Positions 25,401-33,900 of a stretch of DNA of 64,000 nucleotides are shown piece after piece (position 1 is the first letter of the stretch; each line of letters starts with the position of its first letter). The notes under the pieces are model-generated. The model was given only the letters and a program-made list of their open reading frames with translations, had not been told where the DNA came from and made no database searches. The stretch lies in IMG/VR virus record IMGVR_UViG_3300010398_000010, positions 1 to 64,000 of that record; one strand, given 5' to 3'. The stretch comes from a virus. Its lineage: Duplodnaviria; Caudoviricetes. The translations under genes and the position numbers were made by a program.

Positions 25401-26762
25401 CCGGCCGCAGCGCCGGTTGCGGGACTGGCCAGCGGCACCGGGCAAGCCCCGTCGATCACCCTCGCCGCGACCGCCAAGCTGGGGCTCGCGGCGGGCACCG
25501 GCAGCGCACCGGCCGTGCAGCTGGGCGCGTCGGCCACGGTGGGGCTCGCCAGCGCCACGGGGACGGCTCCGTCGCCATCGGTGTCGACCTCATCGTCTGC
25601 CACGGCTCAGGCTGGGCTGGCCGCAGGGACCGGCTCAGCGCCGTCCCCGGCGGTTACGGCCACCGTGTCCCCGGTGGCTGGGCTGGCGTCCGGTGCGGGT
25701 TCCGCGCCGGCGGTGGGCGCGGCGGTGTCGGTCCGCGCGGGCTTGGCTGCGGGGGCCGGGTCTGCTGCTGGCGTCGGGCTCGCCGCGTCCTCAACTCTTG
25801 GGCTGGCGAGCTCGAGCGGATCCGCGTACGCGGTGACCGCTCAGACCTCGGCGGCGTACAACGCGGTCGCTGGCCTTGCCGCCGGCACCGGGCAGGCCCC
25901 GGCCGTTACGCTCGCTGCGACGGTCCGGGCCGGGCTCGCGTCGGGGACGGGTTCGGCCCCGGCCGTCACCCCAGCTATCACTGTGCAGGCGGGTCTGGCC
26001 TCCGCGACGGGGACCGCGCCAAGCGTCACGCTCGCCGCGTCGGCCACCGTTGGGCTGGCATCCGCGGCGGGATCTGCGCCAAGCCCAGCGGTGGCCACGT
26101 CGGTCGCCGCGACGGTGGGGCTTGCGGCAGGGACGGGGACCGCGCCGTCGCCCTCGGTGTCGACGGTCCCGCAGTTCTCCGCAAACGCCGGGGTGGCGTC
26201 GGCTACCGGCTCAGCCCCTACCCCGGTCGCCGCACCGGTCGCGCAGGCGGCAGCGGGGCAGGCCGGCGCGGCCGGTGCGGCATTCCGGCCCGCCGCCCAG
26301 GCCGGGTTTACCGCGTTCGCTGGGCTGGCGACCGGGACCGGGTCGGCGCCGGGGCCGGCGCTGACGCTCACGTCCAGCCCGGCCGTGGGGCTCGCCGCGG
26401 GCACCGGGCAAGCGCCCGGGGCGGTAGGCCAGCCGGCGAAGTTCTACCCGGCCGGGAACGCTGCCGGGACCGGCACGGCGTACGGCGCGCAGGTGACACT
26501 GGCCGCCCGGCCATCGGTGGCCGTCGCGGCAGGCAACGGGCAGGCGCTCAGCCCGTTCGCGCTCGGGCTGATCCCGGCAGTGTTCGCCAGGGCGACCGCG
26601 TCCGGGACGGCCAAGACCCCAGCCGGGGTGACCGGCGCTGGCCGCGCCGCGTCGGCCAGCGGCGGGCAATCAACGTCCGCCGCCGTCAGTGGTGATTCCG
26701 CTTCCCGTGGTCACGCTGTCGGCGGCGGCGCAGTTTCAGCAACGGCGAGAGGTGAGCCCTGA
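22500..26762 (+). CDS. large fibre-like protein: N-terminal beta domain, DUF4038/apiosidase-like glycosidase domain with C-terminal appendage, then about 26 Ala/Gly/Ser/Thr repeats
   Basis: PRLVWGDALWG, YDGIIANRAAQGFTAI, YWARIDYLF, YGTALGNRYKNTPNLIWVVADD, LAVIYMP...ATWVDPVTG; repeat GLAxGTGxAP. Confidence 0.8.
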   Translation: MAVAFDAAGAGAKGTTVTTITWSHTNSAASNALTVGLNYPTGTTPQASAVSYGGVALARLGSVPGNNVGPGGIEHWGKIGSLPTGANTVSCSVTSSADNKVGGSVSATIGGVGAFGTAQTSFTSGTTIAYTHTGTTAGNLLIVAASQGNGSGVMTATSPGTTRFAMNGDSSEAADNVVMGTWAAPGGSQSVGFSENATSDFWGLVSVEVQDTGGGGGAPSGQGAANPLQRARGRHGRPLRRWMRTQRVRREMAPPALAIGAGLAAGTGVAPNVTQAGANTYITGLGGSGAGYFIDNRGNPRLVWGDALWGLCGNAGRWNSGNWQADYDGIIANRAAQGFTAIYTKPMGTTQNLGINDDGRTFDPLYPFQGGTPSTGVSLANPSTGLTANYWARIDYLFTRAAANNITIFLNAIGYNSDFTSSGPLAGKSSTEFQAYGTALGNRYKNTPNLIWVVADDYFGSVDTLISAFLTGLRGTGDTHPIAIENMAESDSKYIFQVTDTGCGTTNGNATVTDSNATAQYVGAAVSGSGIQAGSVISSVSAGVSFTMNKTATATATVSLKITDQQTSWGYTNAQYNFEYSYNQAYYGVEESYKETSPLTVLQGDGYFYQGGSAYDTTYDRAFRQDAWWALASGAVGKISGSESMWQYQSSALASSATDWWYANNSLAIVNAFTALPGWHLLVPDTANALITGGRGTRATGFDAGGGGGQYEPAFTSGYVAASRTPDGGSGSSLAVIYMPLATTITIDQTKMAAGYTATWVDPVTGATSSATPGSTYNSTAKGNNSRSQPDWVLVLQGPTAVSATAGLASGSGTAPGVTLAASVQAGLASGTGSAPAITPAATVAAGLASGTGTAPAITLAGSVKAGLASGTGSAPSPSVSTASSTSASAGLASGTGTAPTPAAAPVDQPAAGLASGTGQAPAVTLAASVKAGLGSGTGSAPAITPAATATVGLAAATGSAPTPAAAPAAAPVAGLASGTGQAPSITLAATAKLGLAAGTGSAPAVQLGASATVGLASATGTAPSPSVSTSSSATAQAGLAAGTGSAPSPAVTATVSPVAGLASGAGSAPAVGAAVSVRAGLAAGAGSAAGVGLAASSTLGLASSSGSAYAVTAQTSAAYNAVAGLAAGTGQAPAVTLAATVRAGLASGTGSAPAVTPAITVQAGLASATGTAPSVTLAASATVGLASAAGSAPSPAVATSVAATVGLAAGTGTAPSPSVSTVPQFSANAGVASATGSAPTPVAAPVAQAAAGQAGAAGAAFRPAAQAGFTAFAGLATGTGSAPGPALTLTSSPAVGLAAGTGQAPGAVGQPAKFYPAGNAAGTGTAYGAQVTLAARPSVAVAAGNGQALSPFALGLIPAVFARATASGTAKTPAGVTGAGRAASASGGQSTSAAVSGDSASRGHAVGGGAVSATARGEP
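24915..26570 (+). repeat. about 26 degenerate 20-24-aa tandem repeats (consensus AGLASGTGSAPAVTLAASV)
   Basis: Counted by eye in the translation; nucleotide sequences are diverged. Confidence 0.9.
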
Positions 26763-27571
26763 TGTTGTGCGTCGGCCAGGTCTACCACTCGGTGTTCACG
26801 ATCAAGGGACAGACGACCGCGCCGGGGAACGTCGCGCTGGCGATCACCAAACCCGATGGCACGCTGGTCTCCCCGGCGCCGTCGCCGCCGGCGGGCAGCC
26901 AGGTCGCCGGCGACTGGGTCGTGTTCTACGACTACACGTTGGCCGACGTGGGGATCCACAAGTTCGCCTGGTCATCAACCGGGCCGGGGACCGCGCCCGC
27001 GCCGGTCTATGAGAACGTCCGGGACTACCGGTCGATCGTCGGCCTCGGTGAGATCCACGATCACCTCAACCTGGCCAGCGACGCCCAGGACAATGAACTG
27101 CTCGCGTTCATGCAAGCCTCAACCGAACTCGTTGAGGCGAAGATCGGCACGTGCATCCCCCGGACCTACACCGACCGGGTCGAGCAGGGCACTTGGCGGC
27201 TGGTGCTGACCCACCGGCCGATCCTGACGGTGACCTCGGTCACGTCGGTGTGGCCCGGTGGCCCGGCGTGGCCGGGTTCGGCTTTGCGGTGGGACGCCGA
27301 GGCGGCGATCGTTGACCAGCTGACGACGGCCGGGCCGTTCTACTGGCCGCCGTGGGACGTGCTGTATCGGGTCGGCCGGCCGGTGGTTGAGGAACGGTGG
27401 ATCCAAGCGGCGAAGGAACAGTGCCGGCATCTGTGGGACACCCAGCGGGGGTCGGCGCCGCCCTCGGTCTTGCAGGGCGAAGAGATCTTTACCGCCAGTA
27501 CCGGGTTCACGTTCTCGGTGCCGCGGCGGGTGCTCGAGCTGCTTGAGGCTGACATCGTGCCGGCGGTCTGA
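26762..27571 (+). CDS. head-to-tail adaptor (gp6/gp15-like) with N-terminal extension
   Basis: IVGLGEIHDHLNL...DNELLAFMQASTELVE; QAAKEQCRHLWDTQRG. Confidence 0.8.
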   Translation: MLCVGQVYHSVFTIKGQTTAPGNVALAITKPDGTLVSPAPSPPAGSQVAGDWVVFYDYTLADVGIHKFAWSSTGPGTAPAPVYENVRDYRSIVGLGEIHDHLNLASDAQDNELLAFMQASTELVEAKIGTCIPRTYTDRVEQGTWRLVLTHRPILTVTSVTSVWPGGPAWPGSALRWDAEAAIVDQLTTAGPFYWPPWDVLYRVGRPVVEERWIQAAKEQCRHLWDTQRGSAPPSVLQGEEIFTASTGFTFSVPRRVLELLEADIVPAV

Positions 27572-27572
27572 C

Positions 27573-28034
27573 GTGAGCTACTTCTCAACGGTGCCCGACG
27601 CCCTGGCCGCGCTGGTCGCGATGTTCGGCACCGCGCCCGGTCTTGACGGCGTTGAGATCATCGACGGCCCGCCGACCCAAGACAGCAGCGCGCTGGAATC
27701 GGTGGCGGTCGGCTACTCCCCCAGCGACGGCGTCGACGCGGTCGAAATGACCAGCGGGTTCGGGGATCTCGGATCGTCGCGGGACCGGGAGTCCTACACG
27801 GTGCACTGCACCCTCGGCGTTCTCAACGGCGACCGGGACACCCTCACCGCGCGGACCCGCGCCTACCAGCTGTACGACGCGGTCGGGTTCGTCATCAACG
27901 ACGACACGACGCTGCGCAAGACGGTGATGAAAGCCGGGCTCGGCGCGCACAACTTCGCGCAGAACGACACCACGGGCGGGCTGCTCGCGCGGATCGACTT
28001 CTCAGTCACCGTGGACGCGTTCACCGGCCGGTGA
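27573..28034 (+). CDS. tail terminator / completion protein (putative)
   Basis: 153 aa; position; RTRAYQLYDAV...DDTTL pattern. Confidence 0.65.
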   Translation: MSYFSTVPDALAALVAMFGTAPGLDGVEIIDGPPTQDSSALESVAVGYSPSDGVDAVEMTSGFGDLGSSRDRESYTVHCTLGVLNGDRDTLTARTRAYQLYDAVGFVINDDTTLRKTVMKAGLGAHNFAQNDTTGGLLARIDFSVTVDAFTGR

Positions 28035-28049
28035 GCCCGGCCGCGCAAA

Positions 28050-28110
28050 CGCCCAGGTCGCCCGCGAGTCACTGACCAGCCCTTTTAGGTCCTGGGCGAA
28101 TTCGCCCAGG
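28050..28110 (+). promoter_or_regulatory. tripartite 61-nt element, copy 3, containing a perfect 20-bp palindrome at 28091-28110
   Basis: CGCCCAGG at 28050, GACCAGC at 28074, CGCCCAGG at 28103; palindrome CCTGGGCGAATTCGCCCAGG. Confidence 0.6.
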
Positions 28111-28161
28111 TGGCCGGACGGCCCACCCCGGGCCAGCCAACAAATGATCGGAGACGGGCCG

Positions 28162-28515
28162 ATGGCCGCTGCACTCACTGCTCAGTCGTTCCCGCCTGCC
28201 GGGGCGGCGATCACCTACGCGACCGGCGCCGGCACGCTCACCACCACCGGCAACACCGCACCGACCGGGCCGGGGCTCGCGCTGCTGGTCAAGAACGGAT
28301 CCGGTTCCCCCATCACCGTCAACATGGTCATCCCCTCCGGGATCACCCTCGACGGGATGGTGCAGACAACACCATTCACGGTCTCGGTCGCCGCCGGTGC
28401 CGACGAAATCATCCCGCTGCGCGCCGTCCGCTACGCCGACCCGGTCACCGGCCTCGCCACGTTCGGATTCTCCGCTGTCACGACGGTCTCGGCCGCCTGC
28501 ATCAACACGAACTGA
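28162..28515 (+). CDS. putative virion structural protein
   Basis: 117 aa, beta-rich; GGAG upstream. Confidence 0.7.
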   Translation: MAAALTAQSFPPAGAAITYATGAGTLTTTGNTAPTGPGLALLVKNGSGSPITVNMVIPSGITLDGMVQTTPFTVSVAAGADEIIPLRAVRYADPVTGLATFGFSAVTTVSAACINTN

Positions 28516-28526
28516 GGGATGAACCC

Positions 28527-28784
28527 ATGAGCGAGCCCGCCGCTGAGATCACCGGAAGCTCAGCCGAATTCGTCAACATCATCCACCCGCCGACCGGCAA
28601 CGTCGCGGAGGTTCCCCAGTCCGCGCTGCCGGTCTATTACCGCGCCGGCTGGACGCTGCTCACCGCAGACAACGCGCCGCCAGCTGACGCCGAACCCGAA
28701 GCGCCCGCCCCGATGACGGCGGCGGAAGCGGCCGCCACGCGAACGGGCGGCAAGGCCAGCAAGACCAAGAGCACGGAGGGATGA
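28527..28784 (+). CDS. hypothetical protein
   Basis: 85 aa; IHPPTG..VPQSAL.VYYRAGW core with low-complexity tail. Confidence 0.65.
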   Translation: MSEPAAEITGSSAEFVNIIHPPTGNVAEVPQSALPVYYRAGWTLLTADNAPPADAEPEAPAPMTAAEAAATRTGGKASKTKSTEG

Positions 28785-28787
28785 CCC

Positions 28788-29267
28788 ATGCCGCCTACGC
28801 CGCTGAACGTGACCTCTCGGTACGTTTCCGAGGGCGTCCGGAAGATCTATTGGATGGCGACCTCGGCCAACTACCTCAGCCCCACCCGGGCCGAACTCAA
28901 CGCCGGGATCGACCTGACCAACGAGATCGCGGAAATGACCGGCTTTACGGTGTCGTCGGACACCCAGGACGTGCCGGACATGAGCGGGCGCTTCACCGCG
29001 AAGATCCCCGGCCGCATCACCGCCGACGACTCGGCCATCCGGTTCTACGCGTCCAGCAACAGCAACGACGTGCGGACCGTCTTGCCGAGAGACACGGCGG
29101 GCTACGTGGCGACGCTGTGGGAAGGGGACGTGACCGGTCAGAAAATGGACGTGTGGCCGGTCAAGGTGACCGCAGCGTCGGTGCAGACCGCGATTGACGA
29201 CCCCGCCTCGGTCGAGATCGGGTTCACGATCACCCGCGTGCCGGCGCAGAACGTCACGATCCCTTAG
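28788..29267 (+). CDS. major tail (tube) protein
   Basis: RKIYWMATSANYLSPTRAELNAGIDLT...FTAKIPGR, a signature I associate with actinophage tail tube proteins; precedes the chaperone. Confidence 0.88.
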   Translation: MPPTPLNVTSRYVSEGVRKIYWMATSANYLSPTRAELNAGIDLTNEIAEMTGFTVSSDTQDVPDMSGRFTAKIPGRITADDSAIRFYASSNSNDVRTVLPRDTAGYVATLWEGDVTGQKMDVWPVKVTAASVQTAIDDPASVEIGFTITRVPAQNVTIP

Positions 29268-29275
29268 GCCGCGCC

Positions 29276-29782
29276 GTGAGCTACGCGGAGCGGTTCAACC
29301 CGAACCACGCGCCGCCCGGCTCGGCAGCAGGTGGGCAGTTCGCCTCGGCCGCGAGCAGCGGCAGCCAAGCCCAAGCTCAACCCAAGCCGGGCGGGTCGCC
29401 AGCGCAGCGGCGGATGCGCAAGGCGCGGCTGCTCGCGGAGGCGCACTCGCTGCGCGACAAAGCCGGGGTGCTGCGCCAGCAGATGCACCGGCTTGAGGCG
29501 CAGCACAAGCAGGTGCAGGCGTCGCACGCCGCCGCAGCCAAGCAAGCGGCGCACCACACCGCGCAGGCCAAGAAGCAGGCCAAGGGACCGGCGGCCGGCG
29601 CAGCTGGGCACACGCACCGCACCACCTCTCATCACCGGCTGGCGGCGCATCACCGGAAGATGGCCAGCCACCACCAAGCGCACGCCGCGACGCTCGCTGA
29701 GCGGATCCGTGGACTGCGCCGCCAGATCACCAAGCTGATCGACCGGGCCAAGACCATCGAGGCCGAGGCCGCGAAGCTCTAA
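29276..29782 (+). CDS. tagged basic Ala/His/Arg/Lys-rich protein
   Basis: N-terminal RFNPNHAPPGSAAGGQF; highly basic helical body. Confidence 0.75.
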   Translation: MSYAERFNPNHAPPGSAAGGQFASAASSGSQAQAQPKPGGSPAQRRMRKARLLAEAHSLRDKAGVLRQQMHRLEAQHKQVQASHAAAAKQAAHHTAQAKKQAKGPAAGAAGHTHRTTSHHRLAAHHRKMASHHQAHAATLAERIRGLRRQITKLIDRAKTIEAEAAKL

Positions 29783-29798
29783 CGGGAAGGGCTCACTG

Positions 29799-30230
29799 AT
29801 GACCGCTGCCAACGGGAAGGGGCCAGCAGACAAGGTGCTGCTGCTCGGCCGCGACGCGATCCTCAAGGCGACCGATCTGCCGACCGAGGACATCGAGGTG
29901 CCGGAATGGGGCGGCACGGTCCGGGTCCGTGGGCTGACCGGCGAGGGCCGGGATGAGTATGAGGCGTCCACGTTCGTCATGCGCGACGGGCAGGCGTTCC
30001 CCGACACCGCGAACACCCGCGCCAAGCTGTGCGCCCGCTGCATCGTGGATGAAGCCGGGGAGCCACTGTTCACCCAGCAGGACGTGCACGCGCTCGGCCA
30101 GCTATCAGGCCGGGCGCTGAACATGATCTGGGAACGGTGCCTCGCGCTGTCGGGGCTGTCCGAAGAGGACACGAAAGAACTAGCGGGAAACTCCGCAGCC
30201 GCCCAGAGCGGCGGTTCTACTTCCGCCTAG
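29799..30230 (+). CDS. tail assembly chaperone (gpG-like)
   Basis: LLGRDAIL...EDIEVPEWGGTVRVRGLTG..RDEYE...RAKL; between tail tube and tape measure. Confidence 0.9.
   Translation: MTAANGKGPADKVLLLGRDAILKATDLPTEDIEVPEWGGTVRVRGLTGEGRDEYEASTFVMRDGQAFPDTANTRAKLCARCIVDEAGEPLFTQQDVHALGQLSGRALNMIWERCLALSGLSEEDTKELAGNSAAAQSGGSTSA
30185..30191 (+). other. programmed -1 ribosomal frameshift site G GGA AAC giving the gpGT-like product that ends at 30421
   Basis: X XXY YYZ heptamer in frame with the chaperone; the -1 frame reads KLRSRPERRFYFRLARDLGKTVAQLL...ELSEWMAFY. Confidence 0.88.
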
Positions 30231-30374
30231 CCCGCGACCTCGGCAAGACCGTCGCCCAGCTGCTGAGCGAGATATCCAGCCGCGAACTCAGCGAGTGGAT
30301 GGCGTTCTACCAGCTCGAGGATGAGCGCCGCGCAGCTGCCAACGCACCCCCACAGAACGGAGGCCGCAAGGTCA

Positions 30375-30869
30375 ATGTCCGGGGTACGGGTAAGCGGGCC
30401 GGGAGTCCGCAAGCTCTCTGAACTCGCCGCGCAGCTTGAGGTCGCGCCCGCCGATCTGCGGCGCAACATGCGTGGGCGGCTGACCGCCGAGGCAGAGCCG
30501 CTAGTCCTCAAGACCAAAGAGTCGATCCTGACGATGCGGGCGAAGTCGCAGGCGCACACGTTCCGCGGCGAGATCGCCAACACCGTCTCTTCGCGGGTCC
30601 GCGCGGGCGGCTCACGGGTCACCATCGAGATCCGCGCAGACGGGCGGATGATGCCTCCCGGCATGACGTTGCTGCCCGGGTGGACGAACCTGGCCCGGGG
30701 CTGGGGTCATCCCGTGTTCGCCCACGGGGCCAACCGCCGCAAGTGGCACTGGGTGCATCAAACCGGCAAGCCGGGCTGGTTTGAGCGCCCGCTGCTTGAG
30801 TCCCGTACCAACCTCAAGGCCGCCGTGCAGGCGGCGATTGACGACACGACACGCAAACTCACCGGCTGA
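30375..30869 (+). CDS. HK97 gp10-like neck/minor tail protein (putative)
   Basis: 164 aa, basic; GWGHPVF...PGWFERPL...VQAAIDD. Confidence 0.65.
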   Translation: MSGVRVSGPGVRKLSELAAQLEVAPADLRRNMRGRLTAEAEPLVLKTKESILTMRAKSQAHTFRGEIANTVSSRVRAGGSRVTIEIRADGRMMPPGMTLLPGWTNLARGWGHPVFAHGANRRKWHWVHQTGKPGWFERPLLESRTNLKAAVQAAIDDTTRKLTG

Positions 30870-30885
30870 GCCCGGTCCCTCATCC

Positions 30886-30908
30886 ACCCCCCGGCCGGGC
30901 CGGGGGGT
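30886..30908 (+). terminator. GC hairpin upstream of the tape measure gene
   Basis: ACCCCCCGGC-CGG-GCCGGGGGGT perfect 10-bp stem, followed by CTT. Confidence 0.5.
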
Positions 30909-30934
30909 CTTAGCCATGTTCAGGAGGCGCAGCG

Positions 30935-33900
30935 ATGCCGACGATCTTGCGCTACCTGATCACGGGCGACGATGTCACCGGGTCCAAGGCGTTCGACAAC
31001 TTCCGCCGCACGGTCGAACGGACCGATGGGGCGGTGCAGCGGCAAAACAAGACCCTCAAGCAGCAGGACTCGCTGCTCAAGCAGCACGGCAAAGCGCTAC
31101 AGCAGGCCGGGAAACAGACCGCGCTGTTCGCCTCCCATGTGACCGGCGCCGGGGACGCGTTCACGATCTTTAGCCGAAAGGCGAGCATGGCCACGCGGGT
31201 CATGGCCGGGCTGAACCTCGCCACCGGGCTCGCGGAACCGCTTGTGTCGAGCCTGGTCGTGGCGATGGGCGGGCTGGCCGCAGCGACCGCCGCAGCTGGT
31301 GCCGGGCTCGCCGCCTACGGGATCGCGCTCAAGCCGCTACTCGGCCAGGTCTCGGATCTCAACAAGGCGCAGGCGGCGGCGGCGAAGGGCAGCCAAGCGG
31401 CCAAGGATCAGTACGCCAAGCTGCTCAAGCAGACCCCGCCGCTCGTGCGGAAGTTCGCCAAAGAGGTCCGCGACGCGCAGACCGCCTACAAGAAGTGGGC
31501 CGACTCGCTGGCCGGGCCGGTGCTCGCGCCGCTACAGATCGCCTTGGCGAACATCAAGCCGGCGCTCAAGGCGATCCGGCCGCTGGTCGTCGCGGCCGGT
31601 GACGCGTTCACGGTGCTGATGACCCAGCTTGATCACAAGATCCAAGGCGGCGGGATCGAGCGGATCGTCACCAAGCTGCTGCCTGCGGTCAAGCCGGTAC
31701 TGATCGACCTCGGCCATTCCATCGCCAACGTGTTCGCCGGAATCTGGGGGATCATCAAGGCGTTTTTGCCGTTCTCGACCACGGTCAGCGGTGGCCTGGT
31801 CAAGATGACCGACGCGTTTAAGAACTGGGCTACCACGCTGTCCGGGCACAGCGGTTTCCATGCGATCGTCAACCAATGGAAGCAGGACTGGCCGGTCATT
31901 AAGCCGGTGCTGGCAAACCTGTTCATTTTCCTCAAGAACATAATTTCGTCATTGGCGGCGATGACGACCCCGGCGAACAGCAAAGCGCTGTGGATGATCG
32001 CCAATCCGCTGATGGCCGTCGCGGTGAAGCTGAGCGAGCACCCGATCTTTGTGCAGGCGCTCACCTACCTGCTGCTGATCGGTAAGGGCGCGGGGCGGAT
32101 CAAGAGCGTTTTCGACGCGATGAAAACCGGGTGGGGCACGTTCTCCGCGATCCTCAACAAGCTGACCGGCGGGAAGATCGGCACGGCGATGGTCGGTGCC
32201 GGCGACACGATGCTGCTCGCCTCAAAGAACATGCAAAAGGCGGCGGACACGATGGCCGCCGCGTCTGGGCTGGCGGGCAAGGCCGGTGGCGCTGCGGCGG
32301 GCGCGGGCGCGGGCGCGGCTGAGGCGGCGGGCGCGGGCGCGGCGGCTGGCTCGGCGGGACGCGGTGGGCTGTGGGGAAAGATGTTCGGCCGGTCCGGGAT
32401 CGCGGCTGGTCTTGCCCGGGCGGGCGGCGTCGCGGTCATCGCCGGGCTGATCACCGACATGGTCCTCAAGCCGGTGCTGTCGTCGGTCACCCAGAATCAG
32501 AGAGCGCAGACGACGTTTTGGGACCGGCCGTTTGGCACCGGGGCCAAGGGCAGCAGCGCGTTTGAGTCGTGGCGGCAGCTGGGCCGGACCATCACCGGGG
32601 TCGGCCATCAGGTCGACCCGGTCATCGCCGGCATGAACAGCAAACTGGACACGCTCGGCCGGCCGGGCGGGGTAGCGCCGCGCGCCGCTAACGAGCTTGG
32701 CCGGGTCAGTGGGCAGACCAGCCGGCTCGGCGGCGACATGCGCTCAGCCGCGCAGCCGGTGAACGACCTGACCAAAAAGTCGCAAGCGCTCGCGCAGCAG
32801 TTCATGTCCGGGCTCGGTGCCCAGCTGAACCGCCTGCACGCGAACACGCCGAGGGTCCGGACCGATATCAACAACCTCGCGGACGCGATCAAGACGACGG
32901 GTGACAAGTCAAAGGCCACGCAGAAAGACCGGCAGCAGCTAATCCACGACCTTGAGCAGTCCGGGGTCAAGTCGTCCACGGCCAAGACGCTGGTCAACCA
33001 CCTGACCACGGCCATCAACAACATCCCGAACCGGCACTCGACCTACCTCAAATTTGGGGTCAACGTGCCCCGCGGCGTGCTGGCCCACTACCCGTCAGCG
33101 GCGGACATGCGCGCGGCCGGGTTCGCCGCAGGCGGGCCGGTGCGCGGTCCAGGTGGCCCGACCGATGACCGCGCTGGGCTGTTCCCGCTGTCCAACAAGG
33201 AGTGGGTGATCCGCGCATCGTCCGCGACCAGCTACGGCAGCAAGGCGATGGACGCGGTGAACAAGGGCACCGCGTCCGTGATCTACCCCGGCATGGCCGC
33301 AGGTGGGGAGGTCGGAGATCTGACCGCAGCGAGCGCGCAGAAAGCGCCCGGCGGGTCGTACCGGATCGGTGACGCGCCGACTGAGACGTTCGCGCTCAAG
33401 CTCTGGCAGGTGTGGATCGACCAGCATTCGGGCGGGATGAAGGCCGTCCGCGAGGCGATGAAATGGATTGGCCAGGTGCCGTATGTGTGGGGCGGGATGA
33501 ACGTCCCCGGCGGCGCGGACTGCTCCGGGTTCGTCTCCTACGTCTATGGCAAGGCACTGGGCATCTTGCCGCCGCGCACATCCGAGGCGCAGTACGCGTG
33601 GGTCAAGCGCACCGGCCCGCAGCCCGGTGGGCTCGCGTTCTACACCAACCCGGGCGGCGGGGTGCCACCGGGACACGTCGCGCTGGTCAAGGACGCCAAC
33701 ACCGTGATCAGCCAGGGTGGCCCCGGCAAGGGGCCGATTGTCATCGGCCTGCACGGGCCGGGGCCACTGATGGGCACCGGTATCCCCCCGGGCGGGTTCA
33801 GCGCCAAGGGCGGGCCGGGCGCGGGCACGTTCGGGGAATCGCAGCTTGCCTCGCTGTGGATGCAGGCGGGCGGGGCGCGGAATTTGTCACACCTGATGGC

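Noticed and set aside
24915-26570. Tandem ~60-72-nt repeats as a CRISPR array or DGR repeats
   Set aside because: The repeats are in-frame, degenerate at synonymous sites and lack unique spacers; no cas or reverse transcriptase gene is present.
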